This document shows, piece by piece, positions 10,049-19,329 of a stretch of DNA of 32,000 bases. This DNA is from a cyanobacterium endosymbiont of Epithemia turgida isolate EtSB Lake Yunoko (GTDB taxonomy: Bacteria; Cyanobacteriota; Cyanobacteriia; Cyanobacteriales; Microcystaceae), in assembly GCF_000829235.1 (NCBI RefSeq), contig NZ_AP012549.1, positions 420,001 to 452,000 of the forward strand, read 5' to 3'. The notes below the pieces were generated by a model. That model did not search any database. It was not told the origin of the DNA and was given only the letters and a program-made list of their open reading frames with translations. Both the position numbers and the translations under genes were made by a program. Numbering within the stretch: position 1 is the stretch's first letter; each line of letters starts with the position of its first letter.

Positions 10049-10087
10049 TTTATACCTTGGTAGATTGAGAAGCTACCAAGGTATAAA
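10049..10087 (+). terminator. Orphan intrinsic-terminator-like hairpin (15-bp perfect stem, 9-nt loop, T-rich tail)
   Basis: TTTATACCTTGGTAG (10049-10063) is the exact reverse complement of CTACCAAGGTATAAA (10073-10087). It is followed by GTATTTATTTTTTCG. No intact gene lies upstream on the + strand. Confidence 0.4.
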
Positions 10088-10988
10088 GTATTTATTTTTT
10101 CGTTTGAGTGAATACTTAGTTCTTGTAGAGCAGCATAGTTATTTTATTCTAGCAATTCTTCTACAATGTTTAGGTGATTATGCTTCCATTAAAAGGAATG
10201 TTTCCGTCCATGAGGAAACAGTTATCTACTTTTTGTTGTTTTATAATCTCCAGGGAGATAATCGATAAAACTATAACTGACTTAAAAAGACTCTGATAGT
10301 TATAAAATTAATTAACTAGTCTTATTATTAGTTTCTATTACTTCAGTGGAAATATCTATAGGAGCACAGTTTGTTTTTTTTTATATTTGCTTCAATTTAT
10401 TCAGTTGATACTACACTTAAATTAAGTTTACTAATAAAAATATATTAATTTTAACCTTAAATTATACTAAATATAATTTATATTCTTTGATTAATTTTAC
10501 TTATGCCAATCACAAATATTTAATTTGGCTCACTCATGTAAAGCTTTCAAGTATCACAAAACATATAAAAATTTTTATTATTTCAGTTATTATTTAATCT
10601 TAAAACTGTTAATACTATTTTTAAGTTAGCCGCTGCAAAAAAGTAATATTCAAGAATGCATTTAAGATTTAATATTATTTAAATCTTAAAGTTATAATAT
10701 TAATTGATATTAGGTTTTTCCAAAAGATTAGAGAGGTTTCTTTGTATCTGAAGATAGTATAAATTCTGATTATATAGAAAACAATTGCTCAGGGAGACTT
10801 CGACTAATATCATTAATATCTATTAAGTAATATTGAAAAACTTAAGAAACTTAGAAAATATTTGACGAAAACATCATCATCACACCGTCACATTCTTCAA
10901 ATCTAAAAGAGATCTAGAGGATTGTTAGCTAAAGTTCTAATCTAATAATAATCTATGATTAATACACCTAGCCTCAATCTGGTGAAGC

Positions 10989-13631
10989 ATGCAGCCTCAT
11001 TTGTATCCCAAACGCCTCTACCAGTGGCTCACTTCTAGTAACTTTAGGCTCGGTACCACCGATCCTCGCTATGCCTTAGTAGAGGCCTGTTTGATCGGAT
11101 TTCTCTCAGCCTTAGCTGCTCTTATTCTTAAAGTAGGAGTCGGTTGCTTGGGAGGATGGCGAGTAAGTTTAGCCAATCAATTTGGGGCGATTTGGGTCCT
11201 TCCCCTTGGAGGCTTAATTTTAGGATGGGTATCGGGATGGTTGATCGAACAAGTTTCTCTTACTGCTGCAGGAGGTGGTATTACCCAAGTCAAAGCTTCG
11301 TTGGCTCGCTATCCTGTCCCATTATCTCTACAGGTTGTTCTAGTTAAATTAATTGGCACGGTCTTGGTATTAGGGGCTGGATTAACCCTAGGTCGTCGTG
11401 CCCCCACAGTCCATATTGGAGCGGCTTTAGCAGCACAGTTAAGCAGTTGGGTTCCCACCTCTCCTGAACATCGACGACAAATGATTGCGGCTGGAGCTGC
11501 TGCCGGACTAGCTGCTGGATTTAGTACTCCGATTGCTGGAGTTCTATTTGTGGTTGAAGAGTTGATGCGCGATGTTTCTGGTCTAACTCTACAAACCGCT
11601 ATTGTTGCTTCATTTGTGGGAGCTGTTGTCTCTTTAATCCTTCAGTCAGCATCTCTATCATTTTCGTCTTCCCTTTTAAATCTGCCTAATATTAGTTTTT
11701 CAGCTTCTGAAATTCCTTTTTACCTATTGTTGGGGATTTTAGCTGGGATATTAGGCTCACTTTTTAAACGGGGACTTCTGTTTAGTCTGAGCGTGCAAAG
11801 TCGTCTTAATTTACCTTTACCTTGGCGAATCGGATTAGTTGGGATGATTTCCGGGGTAATCGTTGCTCTCTTACCTCCTTTTTTTCAAGATAATGCAGGA
11901 TTAAGAACTTTTTTGGTTACAGGTGGATTGAGTGACGACAAAATTCTTTTAGCTTTTGTTGCTCATTTTTTCTTAACTATACTAGCCTATAGTTCTAATG
12001 CTCCGGGGGGACTTTTTGCCCCCGCTTTAGTTTTGGGATCCGCCCTAGGCTATTTAGTGGGAGATTTTGAGGAGTTTATAACAGGAACGGGCGCCGAATC
12101 TACCTATGCCCTGGCAGGAATGGGGGGCTTTTTTACTGCAGTAGTTCGGGTTCCGGTAACAGCTATTGTTATTGTCTTTGAATTAAACACGGATTTTAAT
12201 ATCGTTCTTCCTTTAATGGTGACTTGTGCGGTTTCTTATGTGGTAGCCGAGAGTGTATCACGAGGGTCTTTATACGAAGATATGCTTAGGACTAAGGGAA
12301 TTTACATTAATGAAGCAGCAACGGCGCAAGATTTTTTGTCTCAATTGACTGCAGCCAATGTCATGCAGTCCAAAGTAGAAAGTTTACCTAGTCATTTGAC
12401 CCTTGAAGAAGTTTTTCAAGCAATGTCTATATCGAGTCATCGCGGCTTTCCAGTGATAGAGAACGGCAAATTAGTGGGAATTGTCACTCAAACTGATTTG
12501 TCCAATTCGGCTCAATATTTACCAGACACATGTCTTAGAGATTTCATGACACCACGCCCAATTACGGTTCCAGCCGATGCTTTTCTAAGTGATGTTCTCT
12601 ATATACTTAATCGACATGGATTATCTCGTCTTCCAGTAACAGAAGGGACAAAATTAGTAGGAATTATTACCCGCACTGATATTATTCGTGTAGAGGCTAA
12701 TCAACTTGAAGGTCATAATGCTCAAAGAAATGAATCCTTGCAAGAACCTTCTTATGCTATCTATCAAACTCGCGCTCCAGCTATTGGAGAGGGACGCATT
12801 TTATTGCCTTTGGCTAACCTAAATAGTGCAACAGCTTTGTTTCAAATTGGAGCGGCAATCGCAACTCAGAAACAATCGGAATTAGAATGTTTACAGATAA
12901 TTAAAGTTCCAAAACACAGTAATCCTGCTCAAACTTCCCTAAAAAATCAACCCCAGCGTCAATTACTCCAAGACCTGGAAAGATTAGGCCGGCATCAGCA
13001 TCTTCCGGTTCACACTCAAATTCGGGTTGCTCATGATATTGCCCAAGCTATTTTAGAAACAATCCGTGATCGCCATATTACTTTGATGATCTTGGAATGG
13101 ACTGAAGACAGTCGAACTCCTGGAGCAGTTTTTGGACATATAGTAGATTTTTTGATTAGTAAAGCCCCTTGTGAATTAGTTTTAATTAAATTGGGTGATC
13201 ACCATAATGTTTATCCTTACAATTTAGATAAGGATGCTACCTGGTTAATTCCTATCGCTGGAGTACCTAATGCTCAACGGGCTATGGAGTTACTCCCTGG
13301 ACTAACTGGGTTGTATAATTGTTCACGCTCGCCAATTATTTGGTTGTGTAAAGTATTCTCTCCTGATGGCAATTTTCCTGACTACCAAGCTTTAGAACAA
13401 ACTGCTCAAGAGTTACAACGAACTCTTGAGCGCCTTGTTATTCCTTTACCCATTCGTTCCCAATCGGTGGCTGATGCGGTGGTTCATTTGGCAACCTCCG
13501 AAACTTGTGATGTAGTCATGTTAGGGGTCAGTCGCGAGGGTCTGTTAGAACAGGTGATACATGGTAATCTTTCCAAAACAATCGCTCGGCAAGTCCACAG
13601 CACTGTTATTTTAGTTCAAGATGCATTATAA
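10989..13631 (+). CDS. ClC-family anion channel/transporter homologue fused to a CBS pair and two USP-like domains
   Basis: 880-aa ORF. The ClC membrane core has GGGIT, GRRAP, VVEEL and GGLFAP motifs colinear with the ClC-ec1 motifs GSGIP, GREGP, IIEEM and GIFAP. Two CBS motifs follow (..GFPVIENGKLVGIVTQTDL; ..LSRLPVTEGTKLVGIITRTDI). The C-terminal ~280 aa has two USP-like repeats (ILLPLANLNSATALFQIG...; WLIPIAGVPNAQRAMELL...VVMLGVSREGLLEQVIHGNLSKTIARQVHSTVILV). Confidence 0.9.
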   Translation: MQPHLYPKRLYQWLTSSNFRLGTTDPRYALVEACLIGFLSALAALILKVGVGCLGGWRVSLANQFGAIWVLPLGGLILGWVSGWLIEQVSLTAAGGGITQVKASLARYPVPLSLQVVLVKLIGTVLVLGAGLTLGRRAPTVHIGAALAAQLSSWVPTSPEHRRQMIAAGAAAGLAAGFSTPIAGVLFVVEELMRDVSGLTLQTAIVASFVGAVVSLILQSASLSFSSSLLNLPNISFSASEIPFYLLLGILAGILGSLFKRGLLFSLSVQSRLNLPLPWRIGLVGMISGVIVALLPPFFQDNAGLRTFLVTGGLSDDKILLAFVAHFFLTILAYSSNAPGGLFAPALVLGSALGYLVGDFEEFITGTGAESTYALAGMGGFFTAVVRVPVTAIVIVFELNTDFNIVLPLMVTCAVSYVVAESVSRGSLYEDMLRTKGIYINEAATAQDFLSQLTAANVMQSKVESLPSHLTLEEVFQAMSISSHRGFPVIENGKLVGIVTQTDLSNSAQYLPDTCLRDFMTPRPITVPADAFLSDVLYILNRHGLSRLPVTEGTKLVGIITRTDIIRVEANQLEGHNAQRNESLQEPSYAIYQTRAPAIGEGRILLPLANLNSATALFQIGAAIATQKQSELECLQIIKVPKHSNPAQTSLKNQPQRQLLQDLERLGRHQHLPVHTQIRVAHDIAQAILETIRDRHITLMILEWTEDSRTPGAVFGHIVDFLISKAPCELVLIKLGDHHNVYPYNLDKDATWLIPIAGVPNAQRAMELLPGLTGLYNCSRSPIIWLCKVFSPDGNFPDYQALEQTAQELQRTLERLVIPLPIRSQSVADAVVHLATSETCDVVMLGVSREGLLEQVIHGNLSKTIARQVHSTVILVQDAL

Positions 13632-13685
13632 GATTAGTCCACTGCAAGAAAAATCTAAAAATGTATAAAAAATATGTCTTAAATT

Positions 13686-13960
13686 CATATAAATTAGATT
13701 TTTTTTGCATGCAGATGCCTCAGTGAACAACCTATGCTGGGAAAAATAATCACATGAAGAAATAATATTAGGTTTGAGATCATGTAAATAATCACTTAAC
13801 CTTATAAACTCATTATTTATTTTTCTACCTGGTCACTATCGCTGGAGTATCAAATGCTCAACAGGTTATGGAATTACTCCCTTACTAGGACTAGGACTAC
13901 TTAGCTTGAGTTTATCTAAAATTGTCATTAATCAAAAGAAAATAGACTCTTAGGTCTCTC
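13686..13960 (+). pseudogene. Degenerate second copy of the 3' (USP-domain) part of the upstream ClC gene
   Basis: Nucleotide similarity to the gene about 520-590 bp upstream. 13686 CATATAAATTAGATTTTTTTT matches gene 13137 CATATAGTAGATTTTTT. 13825 CTACCTGGT matches gene 13237. After a 4-nt deletion comes a 47-nt block with 42/47 identities (CTATCGCTGGAGTA...AATGCTCAAC...TTACTCCCT). 13945 ACTCTTAGG matches gene 13422 ACTCTTGAG. The copy reads IAGVSNAQQVMELLPY* against the gene's IAGVPNAQRAMELLPGL, with a frameshift and stops. Boundaries are approximate. Confidence 0.7.
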
Positions 13961-14173
13961 TAAAAAAATGAGGAGTTTAATTTTTAAAAATTACGAAGCA
14001 AATACATCCTAGTAGATTATTAGTAAATAAAATATGAATTAAGTAAGGTACATTCGGTTAATTTTTTTCGTGACAATTCTAAACTGAAGTTAAATCATAG
14101 CATAACGTACTAAGGTGAGTGAGTTTCAAGTATCTTATGCCACGCACGCCGCCAACATATCCCAGTTTACTCC

Positions 14174-15094
14174 TCACCCTCGATGGTTGTTGTCATAGTG
14201 GATTCTCGTTCCAGCCCATTGGAGTTTTTCTCGTAAGGTTTGATAAAAAGAATAATTTTCTTGAAGAATAATAAATTTGGCCACACATTCAGCCATATGA
14301 ACCCTTATCCATTGTCCTGGCCAAATAGACGTAGCTAAAGCTCCATCAGTCCACAATTTAGTATTTAATTCAAAGTCCCCCAAAGACCAAATATCTACTA
14401 CAGACCGAGGGGGAATAATAATAGGACGACTGGCCAAACTTAGGGGACAAATGGGAGTAACAGCGATCGCATCCATGCCTGGATGAACAATAGGTCCATT
14501 GGCTGAAGCAGTATAACAAGTTGACCCCGTAGGAGTTGCTACCAATAACCCATCCCCCTGATATTGATCCACCACTTCTCCATCGAGTTCTATTTCTAAA
14601 ACTGATGTGGGCATCCGATCAATACTTGCAGGCTTCACACACATTTCATTGAGACAATAAAACTGTTCACTACTGGGGATTGGGTTGGTCTTATCTCCTT
14701 CAAATAAACAAGCTTCTAACATCATGCGTTGTTGTACTACATAGCGATCCCCTAACAAACGAGCCCAAACGTTTTCTATATCCTGAAATAACTCAAAGGG
14801 TTCGGTGAGAAAGCCTAAATGTCCTCCCACATTCACTGCCAAGATAGGGATGTTTTCTGGTGCTAATTGTCGCGCTGCGGCTAATACGGTTCCATCTCCT
14901 CCTAAAATGATAGCTAGATCAATTTTTTCGTTAACAGAAGATAAAAACACGGGGTAGGGATTGTCTTTAATCCCACTAGGCCCCATCAATACTTTACAGT
15001 TACGGACTTCTAGTTCTCGAGCACAGGTTTGAGCCCATGATTTACTTTGGGCATCTGCAGCTTTGTAAGCAATAATTACTTGTTTAAGTTCCAC
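14174..15094 (-). CDS. nadK: NAD(+) kinase
   Basis: 306-aa ORF with the GGDGT motif (AIILGGDGTVLAAARQL), NVGGHLGFLTE, and the conserved DGLLVATPTGSTCYTASANGPIV block of NAD kinases. Contains a HIP1 octamer at 14463-14470. Confidence 0.92.
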   Translation of the reverse strand: MELKQVIIAYKAADAQSKSWAQTCARELEVRNCKVLMGPSGIKDNPYPVFLSSVNEKIDLAIILGGDGTVLAAARQLAPENIPILAVNVGGHLGFLTEPFELFQDIENVWARLLGDRYVVQQRMMLEACLFEGDKTNPIPSSEQFYCLNEMCVKPASIDRMPTSVLEIELDGEVVDQYQGDGLLVATPTGSTCYTASANGPIVHPGMDAIAVTPICPLSLASRPIIIPPRSVVDIWSLGDFELNTKLWTDGALATSIWPGQWIRVHMAECVAKFIILQENYSFYQTLREKLQWAGTRIHYDNNHRG

Positions 15095-15185
15095 GTTAGT
15101 TGAGTTTAATTGTTAATTTTTCCCTCAACTTACCGAGGGATGTTTAAACCTTACTTTCCTATTATTGTATCGAATTAAGTTATCT

Positions 15186-15241
15186 ATAAGCTACTCAATG
15201 CACTAGACTTTACTAAAAGTCTAGTGCATTGAGTAGCTTAT
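15186..15241. repeat. Perfect 26-bp-stem palindrome with 4-nt loop (56 nt)
   Basis: ATAAGCTACTCAATGCACTAGACTTT (15186-15211), loop ACTA, then AAAGTCTAGTGCATTGAGTAGCTTAT (15216-15241), the exact reverse complement. There is no U-tract on either side. It lies 92 bp upstream of the nadK start codon. Confidence 0.9.
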
Positions 15242-15364
15242 GATTATAATAGTGAACAACAAGGCAATTGTGTCTTTATTCAGTTTTTACTCAATCAATA
15301 TCTAGATTTATCTCTCTCAAATTCAAGGATACTAGAATTTAAAAATATTTTTTTATTTTTTACT

Positions 15365-15455
15365 AACAGTTTTCAATGAAGTTGAAATCAAGAGGGTAAA
15401 GAGATAAAAATACGACCTTTGCTCTTATAGATTCCATCAGTTCTCTAATCTTTTA
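15365..15455 (+). repeat. Dispersed direct repeat, copy B (pairs with 9732-9822)
   Basis: See copy A: 67/90 identities ungapped, same orientation. It sits 271 bp upstream of the nadK start (divergent side) and 742 bp upstream of wecB. Confidence 0.7.
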
Positions 15456-16196
15456 TTCTTCTATTATAGTTTAGTAAATTATCCATGGGCACATAAGCTT
15501 CTGGCTACAGTGTGTCAGTGCCTCTGTTCCATAATCAAGAAAAACTTCTTTATTTTGTTCATCATTCAAAAGTAAAAGAGGCTAAAAAGACTGATTTAGC
15601 GGATACTCTAATCAACATAACATATGAAGATATTTTCCATAAACTCATCTTTTTTTAGTTATTTCGACAAAGTGATGAGTTATAGCCAGCACGTACTCCA
15701 GTTTTGTCAGTAAAAACTAGATCTGAAAGTTTTAGTTATCCAAATATCGTCGAATATTCTTCCTTCAAAGTTAAAACCCTATCTTATGTAAAGTTCTAAA
15801 GCATGAAATGTTTTTCGCGGTCAAGTTAAGTCTTTGAACGAAACAAAGCATTGTAAAAATACTGACCCTAACACTTATTGTCTTTTTTAAGTAAGTACTG
15901 ATATCTTGTACACTAGCATAGGGTTTTTACATTTTAGTAACTGCTCTGCGCCAATTAAAGAAAATTATTCTCGGCAACAAGAGAATAGTTCTATTATTTT
16001 AGTGAGAATATCTATGGAGTACAGCTTTATTTTTTTGCGCAACTAATTTATATTTCTTCACTTGTATTTATCGAGATATAAACAACTATAATGCTAAAGT
16101 ATTTTTTTAGTACAATTTTTTATAAAAGGGATAACTTCATTGCCGGACTCTAATAATATAGAATCAATAAGCTAACATTACCTCTTAACAATTTCA

Positions 16197-17318
16197 GTGC
16201 CTTACCCCATTTGTATTACCCTAGGAACTCGTCCTGAAGCAATCAAACTTGCTCCCGTGATCAAAAAATTTCGTCAATCGCCGGCGTTTAAGACTTATGT
16301 TATCCTCACTGGACAACACCAGGAAATGGTAGAACAAGTGATGAAATTGTTTGAATTTGAATTGGAAGGTGATCACAATCTTAAAATTATGCAACCCCGT
16401 CAAACTCTGACTGATATTACCTACCGTAGTTTACAAGGGTTAGAAGCTGTCTTTAAAGAAATTCAACCACAATTAGTCATAGTTCAAGGAGACACCACTA
16501 CTGCTTTTGCAGCTACATTAGCGGCGTTTTATCAACAAATCCCCATTGGCCATGTTGAAGCGGGATTACGCACTGATGATATTTATAATCCTTTTCCTGA
16601 AGAAGCTAACCGCCGTCTAATTTCCCAACTTGCTCAATTACATTTTGCCCCCACTCAATTAGCTGTGGAAAATCTTAAGCGTTCAGGAGTCACAGGCGAA
16701 ATCCATCTCACAGGTAATACAGTAATTGATGCCTTATTAACAGTTGCCAAAAAGAAGCAGCAAACCCTTGACATTAAAGGCTTAGATACTAATAACTATC
16801 GGTTGTTACTCACAACAGTTCACAGACGAGAAAATTGGGGTCAACCTTTACAAAATATCCTCACTAGTCTTCGTCTTATTTTAGATAAGTATCCTGATAC
16901 AATCTTATTATTGCCAATGCACCGCAACCCAGTAGTTAGGGAACCAATTCAAAAAGTATTACAGGATCATCCAAGAGTTTTCCTAACTGAACCTTTAGGT
17001 TATGGAGAATTAGTCGTTGCAATTCAGAATTGCTATTTATTATTGACAGATTCAGGTGGATTACAAGAAGAAGCTCCTAGTTTAGGTAAACCTGTGTTGG
17101 TGTTAAGAGAGACTACTGAACGTCCTGAAGCTGTTGAAGCCGGAACTGCTAAGTTAGTGGGTACTAATTCTCAGAATATTTTAGCAGAAGCGAGTAAATT
17201 ATTAAATAGTAAAAATGCTTATAAAAAAATGGCTAATGCGATTAATCCCTTTGGGGATGGGAAAGCAAGTGATCGTATTTTAGAAATCGTACAACGTTAT
17301 TTAGGAGAAAAGTATTAA
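16197..17318 (+). CDS. wecB: UDP-N-acetylglucosamine 2-epimerase (non-hydrolysing)
   Basis: 373-aa ORF with a GTG start. The N-terminal ITLGTRPEAIKLAPVI, QGDTTTAFAATLAAFY, HVEAGLRT, FPEE.NRR, VHRREN and TDSGGLQEEAPSLGKPVLVLRETTERPE motifs are the canonical WecB/MnaA family signature. Confidence 0.92.
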   Translation: MPYPICITLGTRPEAIKLAPVIKKFRQSPAFKTYVILTGQHQEMVEQVMKLFEFELEGDHNLKIMQPRQTLTDITYRSLQGLEAVFKEIQPQLVIVQGDTTTAFAATLAAFYQQIPIGHVEAGLRTDDIYNPFPEEANRRLISQLAQLHFAPTQLAVENLKRSGVTGEIHLTGNTVIDALLTVAKKKQQTLDIKGLDTNNYRLLLTTVHRRENWGQPLQNILTSLRLILDKYPDTILLLPMHRNPVVREPIQKVLQDHPRVFLTEPLGYGELVVAIQNCYLLLTDSGGLQEEAPSLGKPVLVLRETTERPEAVEAGTAKLVGTNSQNILAEASKLLNSKNAYKKMANAINPFGDGKASDRILEIVQRYLGEKY

Positions 17319-18659
17319 CTATTTTGACTAAGTATTGGCTAAATACGTATCATTAATATTAATAATTATCATCACGTTCTTATTTAAGAATGCGGATATC
17401 AGGAACGACAATAGTTATATTATATGAGTAATAGTAATAATTTGTAACAGATGTGGAAAAATATAAATCACTTAATCATCAGTTATTTTATACAGCATTA
17501 AATCAATATTCTTCTAACTAAGAATACATTGATGAAAACATCGTTGTAGAACAAACTGCTTATAAAAAATAGATAAACGACATTATCAATTAAGATAACT
17601 TTATAAAGTTGCTATTTTATTTAGCAGAAAATATGAAAAATATAGATTACTTTTACTGTAGTACTACGCAAACGTGTTAGATTATCCTTATGATTAACAC
17701 TAATCATTGGTTGAGGAAATATAAAAAATACATAAAAAAGTTTATGGGGTTTCATTTCGTTAAAATTAGTTACAATACTTTATTTTTTTACTCCACACAA
17801 TTAAAAAATAACTCATAAAATATAGTAAAGTCAAGGACACATAAAAGTTTAGATTCTTGAGAAAAAAAATAATAATATAACTCAAAATAAATAGCTTAAT
17901 TATGATGGAGTAACTAACGTTTGTCAATAAAATAATAAGTTATACGCTCCAAGAGTCATGAATTCCTAGATAAAAAATTACGGATATAAAAAAATATTAT
18001 AATTTTTGGAATAAAAATGATAATAAATATCTAAAAAAAGAATATTTAATTTATATAAATCTAAATTAAATAATAGATTAAATAATCTATATAAATATTA
18101 TTTTAAATAATGGATACGTTATCCTATAATTTGTGTATATTTTTGAATATATAAGTGTAAATAATATTTATATTAGGTTTTTTAAAAAGTAACATTTTTT
18201 ACCTTCTCAACCTGTTAATATTTAAAAATAGAGATTTATTTAAAGCTTAGTTATGCAATTAATTATCTAAAAGTTTAATTACTCAATCGTAACTAGGAGA
18301 GAACGTTAAATCATACTATTCTTTATAAGAAAACAACATAAGAAAAATGGTTAAAAAAACTAGACATAAACTATGGCAGCTCCCATCTAACCTTCCAAAT
18401 TTAAATAAAATGTAGAATCGGTAGTCTTGTATAAAAACTTTAAGGAAACAAATGTTACCTGAATTTAAAATAGCTATAGAAGAGATAAAAAAAGAACATA
18501 AAAGTACAATTATATAAAATAAAAGCTTATGAAATTTTTCAAATATGTTTGAAGATAAATATACTTTACCTAAAGTATTTAAACAAAGTTTTAATCAAAA
18601 ATATTTTTATTGAAACTTCAACTTAAATAATATATATTTAAGTTAAATTACTGATGTAA

Positions 18660-18701
18660 TTATTACAATTTAAATATTGTTATACATTTAAATTGTAATA
18701 A
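18660..18701. repeat. AT-only inverted repeat (16-bp stem, 10-nt loop) inside the 2.3-kb spacer
   Basis: TTATTACAATTTAAAT (18660-18675) is the reverse complement of ATTTAAATTGTAATAA (18686-18701). The composition is extremely AT-rich, so chance is less improbable here than for the other hairpins. Confidence 0.35.
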
Positions 18702-19329
18702 AAAATATAAATTAGTCTGTCATTATAACATTTAAACTTATTTTTTTAAAAAATAGAACTAAATATATACTAATTTAAACTCTGTTTAAGGTGTTAAAAA
18801 ATTGAAAATTTTTTGTCAATAATTCTATATTAACCATCATGATTAATCAAGCAAGGATTAGGAACTATGTAAAATCATTAAGGATAATAGGAACTCAATG
18901 GTGTTAATCAGGAAGTTTCTTCTTTTGAAAGGAGATAAAACTGACCATAGAGAATAGTAAATCCTTTCAAATTTAATACTTATTCATTAAACCAAGTTGC
19001 TTATTTGACATAGAAAGTATAAAGACAGATTATCTATCAAACAAAACACAATTTAATTTTTATTAATAATTTTTTGTAGTATTGACTATATAGTATAAGT
19101 TGTTACTTGTATTATCAGGTTTCGTATTTATATAACTATTAGAGGCATATTTATTTGACTTATAAACTCTCTATAAGCAGTAGCAAAAAAAAATATCAGC
19201 ATATAGCAGCAATTTTAATTATATATTTATTCAGTTATTTTATAAACTTTTGTATGTATAGATTGTAGGTCTAGCAATAGAAAACCATAATAACATTCAA
19301 GCAAAACTTTCTTTGATTTAAATAGTATA

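Noticed and set aside
10065-10268. 67-aa ORF in the spacer upstream of the ClC gene
   Set aside because: Its TTG start lies inside the 10049-10087 hairpin. It has no recognisable motif and an AT-rich, Leu/Phe/Ile/Tyr-heavy composition typical of random ORFs.
10860-10988. Possible fluoride (crcB-motif) riboswitch upstream of the ClC gene
   Set aside because: Only a vague resemblance to the 3' CUGAUGAUUCCUAC element (CTATGATTAATACACCTA). The 5' helix and the AACCGCC core are absent. The protein is a long CBS/USP-fused ClC, not the short CLC-F type.
11144-11347. Shadow ORFs inside strong genes: 11144-11347 (+), 5095-5328 (-), 16221-16403 (-), 21033-21224 (-), 30173-30364 (-), 31161-31385 (+)
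   Set aside because: All lie in off-frames or antisense within genes whose main frame carries clear family motifs.
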